Shown here: positions 20,247 through 32,000 of the stretch, piece after piece
How the letters are laid out: every line of letters begins with the position of its first letter
Numbering within the stretch: the stretch's first letter is position 1
Notes under the pieces: model-generated
Told to the model about the DNA's origin: nothing
Database searches by the model: none
What the model saw: the letters and a program-made list of their open reading frames with translations, nothing else
Assembly (NCBI GenBank): GCA_004431415.1
Contig: QPMI01000236.1
Location: 1-64,000 of the forward strand
DNA from: Cyanophora paradoxa CCMP329
Taxonomy: Eukaryota; Plantae; Glaucophyta
Length of the DNA: 64,000 bases
Direction of reading: 5' to 3'
Translations under genes and position numbers: made by a program

Positions 20247-21937
20247 CAAGATCTGTGCTCCTGCGGAGCACTAAGTACGGCGAAGCCTCGCGGACGCCCT
20301 CGCGGCTGTCACAGTAGGCCTAGCTATATATAGGGCACTGGGTGCCACTGGCCAGCGGGTGGCAGCGGCACGGCCGATCGCGAACAGCTGTCTGGCTGGC
20401 CAGCTGCAGCCCAACTAGTACTGGCCGGGCCCGGCCCAGTGCATGGGCCAGTCCAGCTAGCGCTGCATGGCCGGCCAGAGAGAAATATTAATGTACTGAG
20501 GAAATAAAGCGAATATATTATTAGGGAGTGGTTGGACTGGCTTTTAACTGGTGGAGCAGATTGAGAGGAGATTAATTATATAATTATATAATATTGTTCG
20601 GAGGGAGGCCGGGATCCCCGGAGGGGCAAGGTTCTCGCGGCCAGGCGCATGCACAGAGCTTGGGAATCGCTTAAACAGACCCTCGAATGCATATAGGCCG
20701 CCCGCAAAGACGTGCAGGCGTGGCGAGGATCGAATTTTTGCGTCGGCTGGGTTCTCGCGCCCTGTCGCGCCCACAGAGCTCGCGGAAAGCATTTAAAACA
20801 TCTCAAATGAATATACTAGCGATTCTCGTGCGTGAGGATGCGAGGGCGCGCGGAAAGATGTGCAGGTCCGTCAAGGATCGAATTTTGAGGGTCGGCTGGG
20901 TCCTCGCGGCCCGGCACATCTGTAAAGCGTGCGGAACGCTTCATCTACATCTCAGATGCTTATGCTATTGTTCCGCGCATGCGCCGCGGCGTGGGCGCGC
21001 GGAAAGATGTCCGGGTCCGTGCAGGATCGAATTTTTGCCGTCGACTGGGTTCTCGTGCTCTTTCGCGTCTTCGAAGCTTGTGGAAGGCTTTGATAAAATC
21101 CCAAATGAATATAGTAGCGATTCTCATGCGTGAGGATGCGACGGCGCGCGGAAAGACGTGCAGGTCCGTCCAGGATCGAATTTTCGGGTCGGCTGGGTCC
21201 TCGCGGCCCGGCGCATCTGTAAAGCGTGCGGAATGCTTCTTCTAGATCTTAAATGCTTATGCTATTCTTCCGCGCATGCGCCGCGGCGTGGGCGCGCGGA
21301 AAGATGTCCGGGGCCGTGCAGGATCGAATTTTTGGCGTCGGGTACCTTCCTGCGCTCTTCCGGCTCCGAAAAGCGGATTTCGGGGGTGCGCAGGCGCTGC
21401 TATGTCTATGCGCGCTAGTACGCATCGATTGCGCGCGTCGCGGGACCGGCCGGAACCGGCCGGATCAAATTTTCGGCCGACTCTTCGCACTGGAGCGTCG
21501 ACGGCGCGCGAAATCGAGCTTGCGGCGATGCGCTCGCCCTCGCGCGTCATTCTGTATCGTTCTGGGGCGTCCCTGGCGCGATTTCGTCGCGGGACCGGGC
21601 GGGACCGGGTCCCACCTTCTGACTCGGACTGCGTTTGTCGGAGGTTAAGTACCGGAATTGATCCAGAGGGAAATTCGATATTCGCGGGACGCCCACGGGG
21701 GAGCGGTCGTCTTAGGGAAGCCAGGACGCTAAAAATGGATCTAGAGAGGTCTGTGGGGGTTAGGGTAGCTGAGTCATTAGCGGCAATCGCGTCCGTGTCG
21801 AGGCAGAATTAATAATTCTGCCTCGAGGGAGTGCGACACGGAAATTATTTAGCAGGGGGGATCTCGAGTGGAAAAAAAGGTTAAAAAAGGAATTTATATC
21901 GGCGGTTTTTGGGTTTGAGAAAGAGGCTTCGCCTGAC
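20247..21937 (-). mobile_element. Helitron2-like element, copy 3 (full length, inverted)
   Basis: Reverse complement of copy 1, with both termini intact. Confidence 0.62.
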
Positions 21938-22766
21938 CCGGTCCCGCCCGGTCCCGCGACGAAATCGCGCCAGGGACGCCCCAGAACGATACAGAATGAC
22001 GCGCGAGGGCGAGCGCATCGCCGCAAACTCGATTTCGGGCGCCGTCGACGCTCCAGTGCGAAGAGTCGGCCGAAAATTTGATCCGGCCGGTTCCGGCCGG
22101 TCCCGCGACGCGCGCAATCCATGCGTACTGGCGCGCATAGACATAGCACGGCCTGCCCACCCCCGAAATCCACTTTTCGGAGGCCGAACAGTGCAGGAAG
22201 GCTCCCGGCAGCAAAAATTCGAACCTGCACGGTCCCGGGCACCTTTCCGCGCGCCCACGCCGCGGCGCATGCGCGGAACGATAGCATACGCATTTGAGAT
22301 GTAGAAGAAGCCTTCCGCACGCTTTACAGATGCGCGGGGCCGCGGGGACCCAGCCCACCCCGAAAATTCGATCCTCTACAGACCTGCACATCTTTCCGCG
22401 CGCCCTCGCATCCTCGCGCATGCGCATCGCTACAATATTCATTTGAGATTTTATCAAAGCCTTCGACAAGCTTCGAACACGCCGAAGACCACGAGAACCC
22501 AGCCGACGGCAAAAATTCGATCCTGCACGGACCTGGACATCTTTCTGCGCGCCCACGCCGCGGCACATGCGCGGGACAATAGCATATGCATGTGAGATGT
22601 AGACAAAGCCTTCCGCATGCTTTACAGATGCGCCGGGCCGCGAGAACCCAGCCAACCCCGAAAGTTCGATCTTGCACGGACCTGCACAGCTTTCCGCACG
22701 CCCTCGCATGCTCACGCATGGGCATCGCTACGGTACTCAGCTCCACCCTTTAATTATTTCCCGTAG

Positions 22767-22933
22767 CTCTTTGAAGAGAATGGGGCTCAATCTAGATCGA
22801 TCTGCTCCACCCTCTTTGAAGAGAATGGGGCTCAATCTAGATCGATCTGCTCCACCCTTTAGCGAAAGTTCGATAATTAAGAGCTCAAATGAATACTCTC
22901 ATGGGGCTCAATCTAGATCGATCTGCTCCACCC
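22767..22933 (+). repeat. 45-bp tandem repeat (about 2.7 copies)
   Basis: ctctttgaagagaatggggctcaatctagatcgatctgctccacc twice, plus a partial copy at 22901. Confidence 0.85.
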
Positions 22934-23410
22934 TTTAATTATTTCCTCGCTCAGTACATCATGGCATTAATATTCCTCTAGCCGACCAGCGCTAGCTGGA
23001 CTGGCCGTCAGCCAGCCAGCTTCTAGCCAGAAAGCTGTTCGCGATCGGCCAGGCCGCTGGCCAGTGCCCTATAGGCCTACTGTGACAGCCGCGAGGGCGT
23101 CCGCGAGGCTTCGCCGTACTTAGTGCTCCGCAGGAGCACGGATCTTGTTAAATATTTATTTGATTTAATCGGAAAAGAACATGATTTAATCGAATTTATT
23201 GATATAATTCCGATTAGATTCATTTAGGATTCAATTAAGATCAATCGAAGTTATTGATATAATTCCGATTAACTACAATTAAGATACAATATCGATTAAT
23301 CGAGTTTATCGATATAACATCGATTAAATTAATTGAAAATGCATTTACAAATATGAAAATTCATGTGAAAATTCAAATAAATTAATCGATTTTATTGATA
23401 TAACATCGAA

Positions 23411-23487
23411 TCACACATATGAATATTCATATTTTAATCCTGAGGCGGAACGCCGAGGGATTAAAATATGAATATTCATATGTGTGA
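23411..23487. repeat. Perfect 30-bp inverted repeat (hairpin) with 17-nt loop
   Basis: tcacacatatgaatattcatattttaatcc / ggattaaaatatgaatattcatatgtgtga. Confidence 0.92.
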
Positions 23488-23749
23488 CAATGTCTCCGAC
23501 ATGGAGACAATCCTGCGCGTATACGTACACAGAGTGGTTTAAAGGATGCAGGTGCGCATGCGTACGTTAACGTGTTCGCAACAACGTTTTAACGCACCGG
23601 ACTCCGCCCTGCGGATTCGGTCTGCGCCTTCACGGCGCCCCCGCCGGCATCCATATATATGGATGTATTCACGCCGTGACGCTAGCTCTGCATTACGGCT
23701 CGTCAGGCATCGATATCGGTCGCGGGCGCGGTATTTATATGTATATATA

Positions 23750-24350
23750 TATATCACGCTAGCTCGAGATATTGAAGAAGCTTAAGTGCACTTGCATATG
23801 CACATGTATATGTACACGTATCATAGTATACATACACACATGTATATACATGCACACGTACAAAATTAAGGCGCACCAGCGGCGGTGCTGCCGCAGTGCT
23901 GCTGGCAGTAGTCTGTACCGTACGTATACGATTGCGGGTGTTGCGGCGACCGTCGGACCGCGGGCGACCGCGGGCCGCGGCAGACGATCGATCACGAGCT
24001 CGCGATCGAAGACCGATATGATGGCGATAACGCACTGCAGCTGTTCACGCACTGCTCAGTTCACGCAAAGTTACATGTTCACGCTAGTTCGAGCTCTAGA
24101 TCTAAAAGAAGTTCACATGTTCCGTAGTACATATGCATGTACACTGTGACAGACACATTCACACATATACACATGATCATGAACAAAAGCGCACCAGTGA
24201 CGGTAGTGCTGCTGGTAGTATACGTACGCGTACGCGTACTCTGTACCGTACACGTACGATTGCGGCGGACGATCGCGCGACTCGGCCCCGCAGCGCTGGC
24301 GATCGCGAACTTCGGAACTCGAAGACCGATATCGATATCGCACTGTTCAC
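23750..24350 (+). repeat. Diverged ~325-bp tandem duplication
   Basis: cacgctag.tcgag, gcgcaccag, agtgctgctgg.agta, ctgtaccgtac, tacgattgcgg and tcgaagaccgatat each occur twice in the same order. Confidence 0.65.
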
Positions 24351-24539
24351 GCGCTGCGCGTTCTCACTGAGTCATGATCAGCAGAGTACTAGTCAGCACG
24401 TGATTACTGCAGCTGCGTATGCTGCTACGGTATGCACTGCGGCACTGCGGCACCGCCGGGCCGACTCAGTGACTCGGCGATGATCGCGCCGCGGGCAACT
24501 GGCAATGCATGCGCACTCGGACTCGCGATCGCGATCGCC

Positions 24540-24857
24540 GAGTCGGGACTCGGGACTCGACTCGGCGAGCTCGGGAGTCGGGAGTCGGGAGTCGGGACTC
24601 GGGAGTCGGGAGTCCCGGAGTCCGACGGTCGGGACTCGGGAGTCGCCGCCGGGCCGGAGTCGCCGAGTCGGACTCGGGACTCGGGAGTCGGGACTCGACG
24701 AGTCGGGACTCGGGAGTCGGGACTCCCGAGTCCCGAGTCCGGCCCGGCGGGAGCCGATCCGCGGCGGGACTAGTACTACTGGTAGACTAACAGTGGTAGT
24801 ATTCCCGGAACCCGGGAGTCGACGTCAAAAGTCGGGACTCGGGAGTCGGGACTCGGG
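24540..24857 (+). repeat. Heptamer satellite (GGGAGTC / GGGACTC)
   Basis: Dense run of interleaved gggagtc and gggactc units. Confidence 0.9.
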
Positions 24858-25313
24858 ATATATATACGCAAGTATGTACTTGATAATGAATCTTGAAATT
24901 ATCATAAATTGAACTTGAAATCCCACTGCAAGGCATGCACTAGCTAGCAATGAATTCGAATGATTTTAGCGGATTGACCAAAGAATTACTTATTTGTAAT
25001 TCGTTAATTAACAAAAGACAAGGTTCCGGTACCGGTAGCTCACCGGAGGGTCCGTAGCTGTACTACGTACTACGTACGGACCGTCTACGGTACGCACTGC
25101 GGCATGATCGCCCGCGCGCGCAGGAAACTTTGAAAACCGAGCCTGAAACCGATCATCGGATGGCCGGGGCCATGGGCCGGCGATGGCAGACTTGCCAAGT
25201 TGGCGGTTTACTTACTAAAGTTAATTATATGTGGTCACCGGGTTAAATTATATTAATATCAAGTATCAGTTATTATAATTAACTGCTGTATCTAGCTAGC
25301 GCTATTGCTAGTA

Positions 25314-25770
25314 GGGCACTGGCCAGCGGCCCGGCCGAACAGCTGGCTGGCTGGTTTTGGACTTTTAGGCTGGCCCAGCCGCCCGATTTGTTGACCAGCC
25401 GGGCCAGCCTTTTTCGGCTTTATCGGGCGGCCAGCCGGTCGGCGACACTGGCTGGGGGGTCGGTTCCAGGCTAGGAGTGGGGCTTGAGGGGGTGGCTTGA
25501 TAAGATCAACAGCTAATATTCTTAACTGTGCACAATAAAACAGTTACAAAATCGTTTTCAAGACACCGATTTCATTTAAGAACGTGGGCTCTGCGGCTGG
25601 TCGGCTGGCCTGCTGGCCTGGCCAAGCTGTCGGCTCCTAGCTGGAGGCTGGCCGCCAGCTGGACGGCCAAATTTTGGCTGGAAGCTGGCGGCCAGCCCCG
25701 GGCCGCTGGCAAGGCTTCGTCGGCTTGGGCTGGCCCGCTGGCCAGAGGGAGGGCAGGCTGGCCAGTGCCC
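25314..25770. mobile_element. MITE-like element with 14-bp TIRs and TA target duplication
   Basis: TA|GGGCACTGGCCAGC ... GCTGGCCAGTGCCC|TA with a non-coding interior. Confidence 0.6.
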
Positions 25771-27229
25771 TAATTGCTAGCGCTAGCTGAACTTCCGGAA
25801 TTCGCCGCTTCAATTCGGTCAGATCTTCCAGATCTTCCAGATCTTCGTCAGATCTTCCAGATCTTCATGATCAGCGTTAGCGCGAAATCGCCGCGAATTC
25901 GAAGCTGCGCGATCATCGGATCCGAATTGATATCGGATTGCGGCGCTCCCCCCCCCCACCCCTCCCCCCCCCCTCTCTTCCCCGGCCCGTATACGTATAC
26001 GTATACGTATATATACGTACGCGTTGCAGCGAGCGCTTCCCCCTGCGCCGGCCGTGCACGTGGCGACGGCCCCGCGCGCGGTCCCCGCCGCCCGCCGCCG
26101 TGACCCCCGGGTCCGGCCGCCGGGCGGTCCCGGTTTTGTAGTACCGGTACCGGTGCTGCTAGCTGGCCCAGCGGCCCCCTCAGGGCCTCCCCTCCCCCCA
26201 ACGCGGTGGGGCAAGTCGCGTCGACGTCGCTCGTCGACGAGGCGGCCCCGCCCGCCGCGGCCGGCGCCGACGCGGCGGGCCATGCACAGGTCGGGCCAGC
26301 TGGCGCGGCGCTACGGCAGCGAGGTGCGCCGCCGCCCCGCCCGCCCCCGCCCCGCCCCGCCCGCCGGCGCCGACGCGGCGGGGCAGGTCGCGTCGCTCGT
26401 CGACGAGGCGGCCCCGCCCGCCGCCGCCCGCGCCGGCCTCCCCTCGAGCCCGCCCCGCGACCCCCGCGGCGGCGCAGCCGGCCCCGTCCCCGCCGCCCGC
26501 CGCCCCGACCCAGAGTTGCCCCGGGCAGCACTGGCGGCCGCCGCGCAGCTCCCGCCGTGGAGCGCCCCCGCGCCACCGGTGTCCCTCTCGAGCTCGGCGC
26601 CCCACACCGCCTCCTCCCCCTCCTCCGGATCCTCCTCTCCCTCCCCCACGGCCGCACCGGTGGTCCGCAGCGCGTCGAGCACTCACATCGATATCGCGGG
26701 CGCCGCGGGGGCGCAGGAGCCCCGCTCGCCGGGCGCTGGCGGTGCCGCCCCCGTGGCGGTGCGGATCCGGCCGGGCTCTCCCCCGGCCCGCCGAAGCCCC
26801 CGCGGCCAGGCCGGCGGCCTCCGAGGTCCCCGCGGCGGCGGCACCAGCCTCTTCCCCGTCACCACCGCCCGCCGCCCCAGCCCCGGCGGTCACCCCGGCG
26901 AGAGAAGGGCTTGACATGCATGTCACGTAGGAGCAAAACTCCGCGCACAGAAGCACGGAACTGTGTACGTATACAGGAGCCGCTGGGCGGCAGCGGTCGA
27001 CTACTAAGCTGTACCCCATCACCAGGAAGCAAGAGCTGTACCCTAGTACTAGTACTAGGCGGAAAGGGCTGAACGCCGGCCGCAAGAAGAAAAGAAGCTC
27101 TACAGCTGGGGAGGAACTGTACCCCATGCAGAGAGAGGAAAGAAAGTGCGGAGAGAACCGAAAGGCTACGCTATGATACAGTCTGTACAGGACGCGCGCG
27201 GGCTCTAGATCTGGCGGGGGCCCGGTCGC

Positions 27230-28827
27230 CTAGACGCCTTCGCCGGTCCCCGGGTCGGGCGGGGCGTTGGTGGGCGTGGCGGAGGCGAGGCGCGTGGCGG
27301 CGCCCCGCGCGAGGCGGAAGGACTCGCGCTGCCCGAGCGGCTGGATCCCCATGGTCCGCCCCGAGGCGGGGGGGAGGGCCCGGGGCGACGAGGAGGAGGC
27401 GGACGAGGAGGAGGAGGAGGAGGCGAGCAGGGGCGGGGTCTCGAGGGGCGGGAGGGGCGCGTCGGGGCGGTCCGGTGCCACGGCGTAGCGCGGGGGCGGG
27501 GCGTGGATGGCGGGGCAGAGCGAGGCCGGCAGGTACCGCCCGTGCGCCTCCTCGAAGGCCGCCCGCCGCGCCGCCTCCGCCGCGTGGATCGCCTCCAGCT
27601 CGGCGCGGCAGCGCTCGACGGCGGCGGCGGCGCGCGCCTGCTCGGCCCGCCGGCGCTGGACCTCGGGCGCCAGCTGCGCGTACGCCGCGTGCGTGTGCGC
27701 GTACCAGCCGCACAGGTCGCCCATCTCCTCCGCGCAGGCCGCCAGCGCCGGCTCGGCGGCCGCCGCCTCCTCCTCCGCCCGCAGGAGCGCCGCCTCGGCC
27801 GCCCCGAGCCGCTCGCCAAAGTCCGCCAGCGTCGCGTGCGCCGCTGTGGCCGCCGCGTGGGCCTCGCTGTATCGCGCGGCCCGCCCGTGCGCCTCGCCCG
27901 TCGCCGCCAGCACGCGCTGCAGGCTGTAGTAGCACTTGGAGGCCAGCTCCGGAAGCTCCGCCGTCCTCGCCTCGAGCTCCTCCGCGCTCATCGCCGGCGC
28001 CTCGCCCCGCCGCAGGCTGTACAGCAGCCGGTCGTGGTGCCTCGCAACCGCCAGGAGCGCGCCCAGCATCGTGTGCAGCTGCGGTGGCGGTGAGAGGCGC
28101 GGACGTGCGGGCGAAGGCGCCGGCGCCGACCGCGCGCTGCGCACCTCGGGCATGTTGCGCGCTGGCTTCTCGGGGCCGCCGGACGGGGCCCGCGCGGCGC
28201 GGAGGCCGGGCGCGCAGGAGGACTGCAGCTCGGCGGCGCGCGCCTCGAGCCGTTCGAGCAGCGCGCGGGCTTCCTGGAGCGGCCGGCGGAGGGCGGCGAT
28301 CAGCTCCTTCGCCTGCTTCCGGAGGTCGCCGACCGCCTGCATGTCGACGAAGTCCAGCATCGCGCGCTTCGGCTCCGACGAGGACGCCGAGAGAAGCCGC
28401 GGGTCGATCTGCTGCGCCCCAAGGCGCCGCAGGACCTCCACCAGCTGGGCTTCTTGCTTTTCGACCCGTCCGGCGTGCTGCTCGGCCCGCGCCTCCAGCG
28501 CCTGCGCGCCGCGTTCAGAACGGTTTGAAAGACGCATATCAAGCCGCAAGTCCCGCACCGCCCTCCGGTCTTGCAGCTGCTTCGTCGACACGCCGAACGC
28601 CTGCCACGCAAACCACATGAAATCAAGGGATGACCGCGGCGGGCGGGAAGGGGCACCTCTAACTGCTGCTGAAGCTCTTCCTGTATTGCTGCGAGGTGCG
28701 TGCTCGCGGCTTCGAGCTGCTCCGCGCGGAGGTCGTGCTGCTCGGCCGCGTTTTGAGCCTGGAGGCAGTACTGCTGGGTGACCTCCAACGCTCGGGCCGC
28801 GGCCGCCAGGTGTTCGGCCGCGGCCAT
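27230..28827 (-). CDS. ATG17: Autophagy protein ATG17-like coiled-coil protein (spliced)
   Basis: LRRLGAQQIDP...MLDFVD and LCGWYAHTHAAYAQLAPEVQRRR...RRAAFEEAHGRYLPASLCPAI match the ATG17 pattern. Exon 1 starts at ATG 28827, with short introns near 28605-28655 and 28080-28145. Confidence 0.72.
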
Positions 28828-29059
28828 CTTGCTGGGCGCCGCAGGTTGAAAGGGCCGACCGTGCTCGGCCCCGAGTCAGCGGCTGTGTTCTGTTTCCTTC
28901 TACCCCAGGAAGGCGGGGTACAGTCCCGAAAACACCTCTGCCGAAAACAGATCGGCCGCGCTCGGCTCGCACTCGCAGCAGCGGCATGAGCTTAGGACCG
29001 CAGTCGAGTTAGCCATCGGTCAGGCCTCGTAGCGAGGGCCTAGGGCCCAACCCAGAGCG

Positions 29060-32000
29060 ATGGCCACCCTCCGGACGACGAAGCGGACGGAGCGGACCGG
29101 CAGCATGGGCGAGCGGACCATCCTGAAGTTCCCTAGATATGTCAGCGGGGACGATGGCGTGGAGCCCAAGGTGCGCTGGAGCGGCCCGCTCGGCTATGTG
29201 GCAGCCGCGCTAGCTTCCGCACGCCTGCATGCGTGGAGCGGTGCCTCGTGCCTCGTAGCTCATGCCCGTGCCGCATTGTCCGAGCAGAAGACCCCGAGCA
29301 TGCTTCGGAAAGAGTTCGAGGCGTGCAAGAAGGGGACGCTGCCTTTCCCGGTGAAGAGCAAGCCGCCGAAGATCGTGGAGTTCCTCAACATGTCGGACTA
29401 CACGCACCAGACGAACACGATCGTCCCCATCGACGAGCCCATCTTCCAGCCCTTCCCGCCGCAGGTCGTCTTCCAGGGCTACGAGCCTTTCAAGACCTAC
29501 GAGGCGGTGCTGCACCTCCGCAACAACGACAACGTGCGCGCGCTCGCTCGCAGCTAAGCCCCGCCCCGCGCGCCTTCCGCCCCCTGAGGCCTGCCCCGCC
29601 CGCTCGCCCCCGCAGGTGGCGCGGCGCGTGAAGGTCCTCCCGATCGAGTCGCCGTACTTCAGCGTCACGCCGGGCAAGGAGGCGCTGAAGGGCGCCAAGG
29701 TGGCGTCGGGTATGGAGCTGACGTACAACATCAAGTTCCAGCCGGAGGAGCGCAAGGACTACGTCATCGACCTCGTGGTGGCCACGGAGCGCGAGAAGTT
29801 CCACGTGCCCGTCCGCGCCATCGGCTCCCGCGGTGCGCCACCTCCGCGCCGCGGCGCCGCTCGCGCGCTCTCTGGCTGACACCGCCGCCGCCCGCGCCCG
29901 CGCGCCCGCAGCATTCCTGGACTTCCCGGACGAGATCGTGTTCGACCAGGCGGTGGTCAAGATGACGACGACGCGGACCGTGCTGATGCGGAACATCGGC
30001 GACCGGGACGCGCAGTTCAGCTTCGAGACGAGCGGGCCCTTCAAGGTGATGCCCATGGAGGGGTACGTGGACGTGGGCGAGGCGGCCCAGGTGACGCTCT
30101 CCTTCACGCCGGAGAGCGCGATCGACTACACGGGCGAGGTCCGCCTCGCCTTCGGGGAGGGCCAGGTCGTCTACAGCGCCCTGCGCGGCTCGGGCGGCGA
30201 GGTCAACGTGCGCCTCGACAAGACCGAGCTCACGATGGAGCCGACGTACACCGGCCTCTCCTCGCGGCGCACCATCAAGATCTACAACAGCTCGGACATC
30301 CCCATCCACTACGAGTGGCGCGCGCTCGCCACGGCGGCGGCCGAGCAGCGGGAGCGCGCGGCGCGGCAGATGGAGCTGACGAGGGCCGAGAACGAAGAGA
30401 CGCGGGCGCTGCAGGCGACGGCGACGGCGGCGCTGAGCGCGGCGGCGGCGCGCACGGGCGGGCTGGGCGGGGACGACGAGGGGAGCGAGGGGGAGGAGGG
30501 GGAGGGCGGCGGGGCGCGGCGGGGGATGCTGGAGGTGACGCGGCGGTACGAGCGGGCGCGGGGCGAGGTGGACCACGACCGCATGCTCTTCTACCACGAG
30601 GCCTTCTCCATCGAGCCCGTCGAGGGGGACCTCTGGGGCCACTCCGAGGTCCAGGTGCGGCGGCCGGCGCTGCGCGGGAGTTCGTCCTCCTCGGCCGGCC
30701 CCACGCTGAGCGAGCCTTGCAGGTGACGATCACGTTCTCGCCGCTGGCGGCGGCGCGCTTCAACACGGCGGCGTACCTCGAGGTCACGGGCCGGCAGACG
30801 CGCCTCCCCCTCGACCTCAAGGGCGAGGGCGTCGGGCCCCGCGCCCGCTTCTCCTACGACGTCGTCCGCCCCGCCCCCACCCGCCCCGCCCCGCGCGCCT
30901 TTCCTCGGCGCTGACGGGCCGGCCGGCCCCCCAGCTGGACCTCGGGGACGTCTTCCTGAACAGCGTGCACCAGTACGAGGTCTCCATCGAGAACCAGGGC
31001 AACATCCAGGTCCGCTTTTCCCCTTGCCCCGCCCCGCCCCGCTTCCCTCTCCTCCGCTCCGCTCCGCTCCGGTTCGAGGCCCGTTTGCCTCCTCCCTCCC
31101 TCCAGGTGCGGTACCAGCTGCGGCCGCCGGCGTCGGTCTTCGGGCAGAAGTTCCACTTCACGCCGAGCGCCGGCGTCCTGGGCGTCGGCGAGTCCCAGAC
31201 CCTCCAGGTGCTCCCTATGCTACGCCCCGCTACGCTCAGCTATGCTTCGCGCCTTCTGAACGGCCCCGCCCCGCCCCGGCTCAGGTGACGTTCGCGTCGA
31301 ACGTGCTGGGGGACTTCGCGGAGCGCTTCTCCTTCCACGTCGCCTTCGCGAACGAGGACCTGCACGTCGACTTCAAGGGGCGCGTCGTCGGGCCCACCTT
31401 TAACTTCGACGCCGAGGAGCTCGACTTCGGCACCGTCAGGTCCGCCCGCTGGCTTGCTTGCTTGCGGCGCCGCCTTTCTGACGTCTTTGTTGCTCGCAGC
31501 TACGCCTTTTTGACGACGAAGACGCTCTCGCTGTACAACACGTCGGAGATCCCGATGAAGTTCTCGCTGCGGGTGCCGGGGGACGGCCGCGCGGCGGGGG
31601 CGCCCAACGGCCGCGAGTTCGAGATCGTGCCGAGCTCGGGGACGGTGCTGCCCCACGGGAAGCAGAAAGTGCAGGTGGACTTTGTGCCCGTGCAGGCCCG
31701 GCCCTACGACCGGTCCCTGGTGGTGGACGTGGAGGGCGTGGGGCAGGACCTGCTCGCGCTGCCCATGCGCGCCCGCTGCCTCGTCCCCAAGATCTCCATC
31801 TCGGCCGACGAGGTCCAGTACGGCGACTGCTTCCTCCGCTACCCCTACCCCAAGGTCGTCGAGCTCGTCAACGAGTCCAAGCTCCCCGCCAAGTACGAGG
31901 TGCGCGCCGGCGGGCGGGCGGGCGGGCGGGCGGGCGGGCGGGCGGGCCGGCCAGCTAGCTACCTAGCCCCCTAAGCTAGCCCGGCCCGGCTAGGCCCGAT

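Larger units (their letters stand above)
20089..23147 (+). mobile_element. Helitron2-like element, copy 2 (interrupted by inverted copy 3)
   Basis: Head 20089-20246 and body 21938-23147. Ends GAGGCTTCGCC-gtactta-GTGCTCC gca GGAGCAC-ggatcttg. Confidence 0.55.

Noticed and set aside
18366-22938. Many overlapping ORFs in the repeat nest
   Set aside because: They are by-products of GC-rich repeated DNA, with frames not conserved among copies and no recognisable domains.
24771-24780. tagtactact as a Polinton-style ACTACT terminus
   Set aside because: Too short, similar words occur elsewhere, and the opposite end and TSD are not visible in this window.
25774-27130. GC-rich ORFs as a real gene
   Set aside because: Low-complexity Ala/Gly/Pro/Arg translations in all frames with an internal direct repeat and no recognisable domain. 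A gene cannot be excluded.
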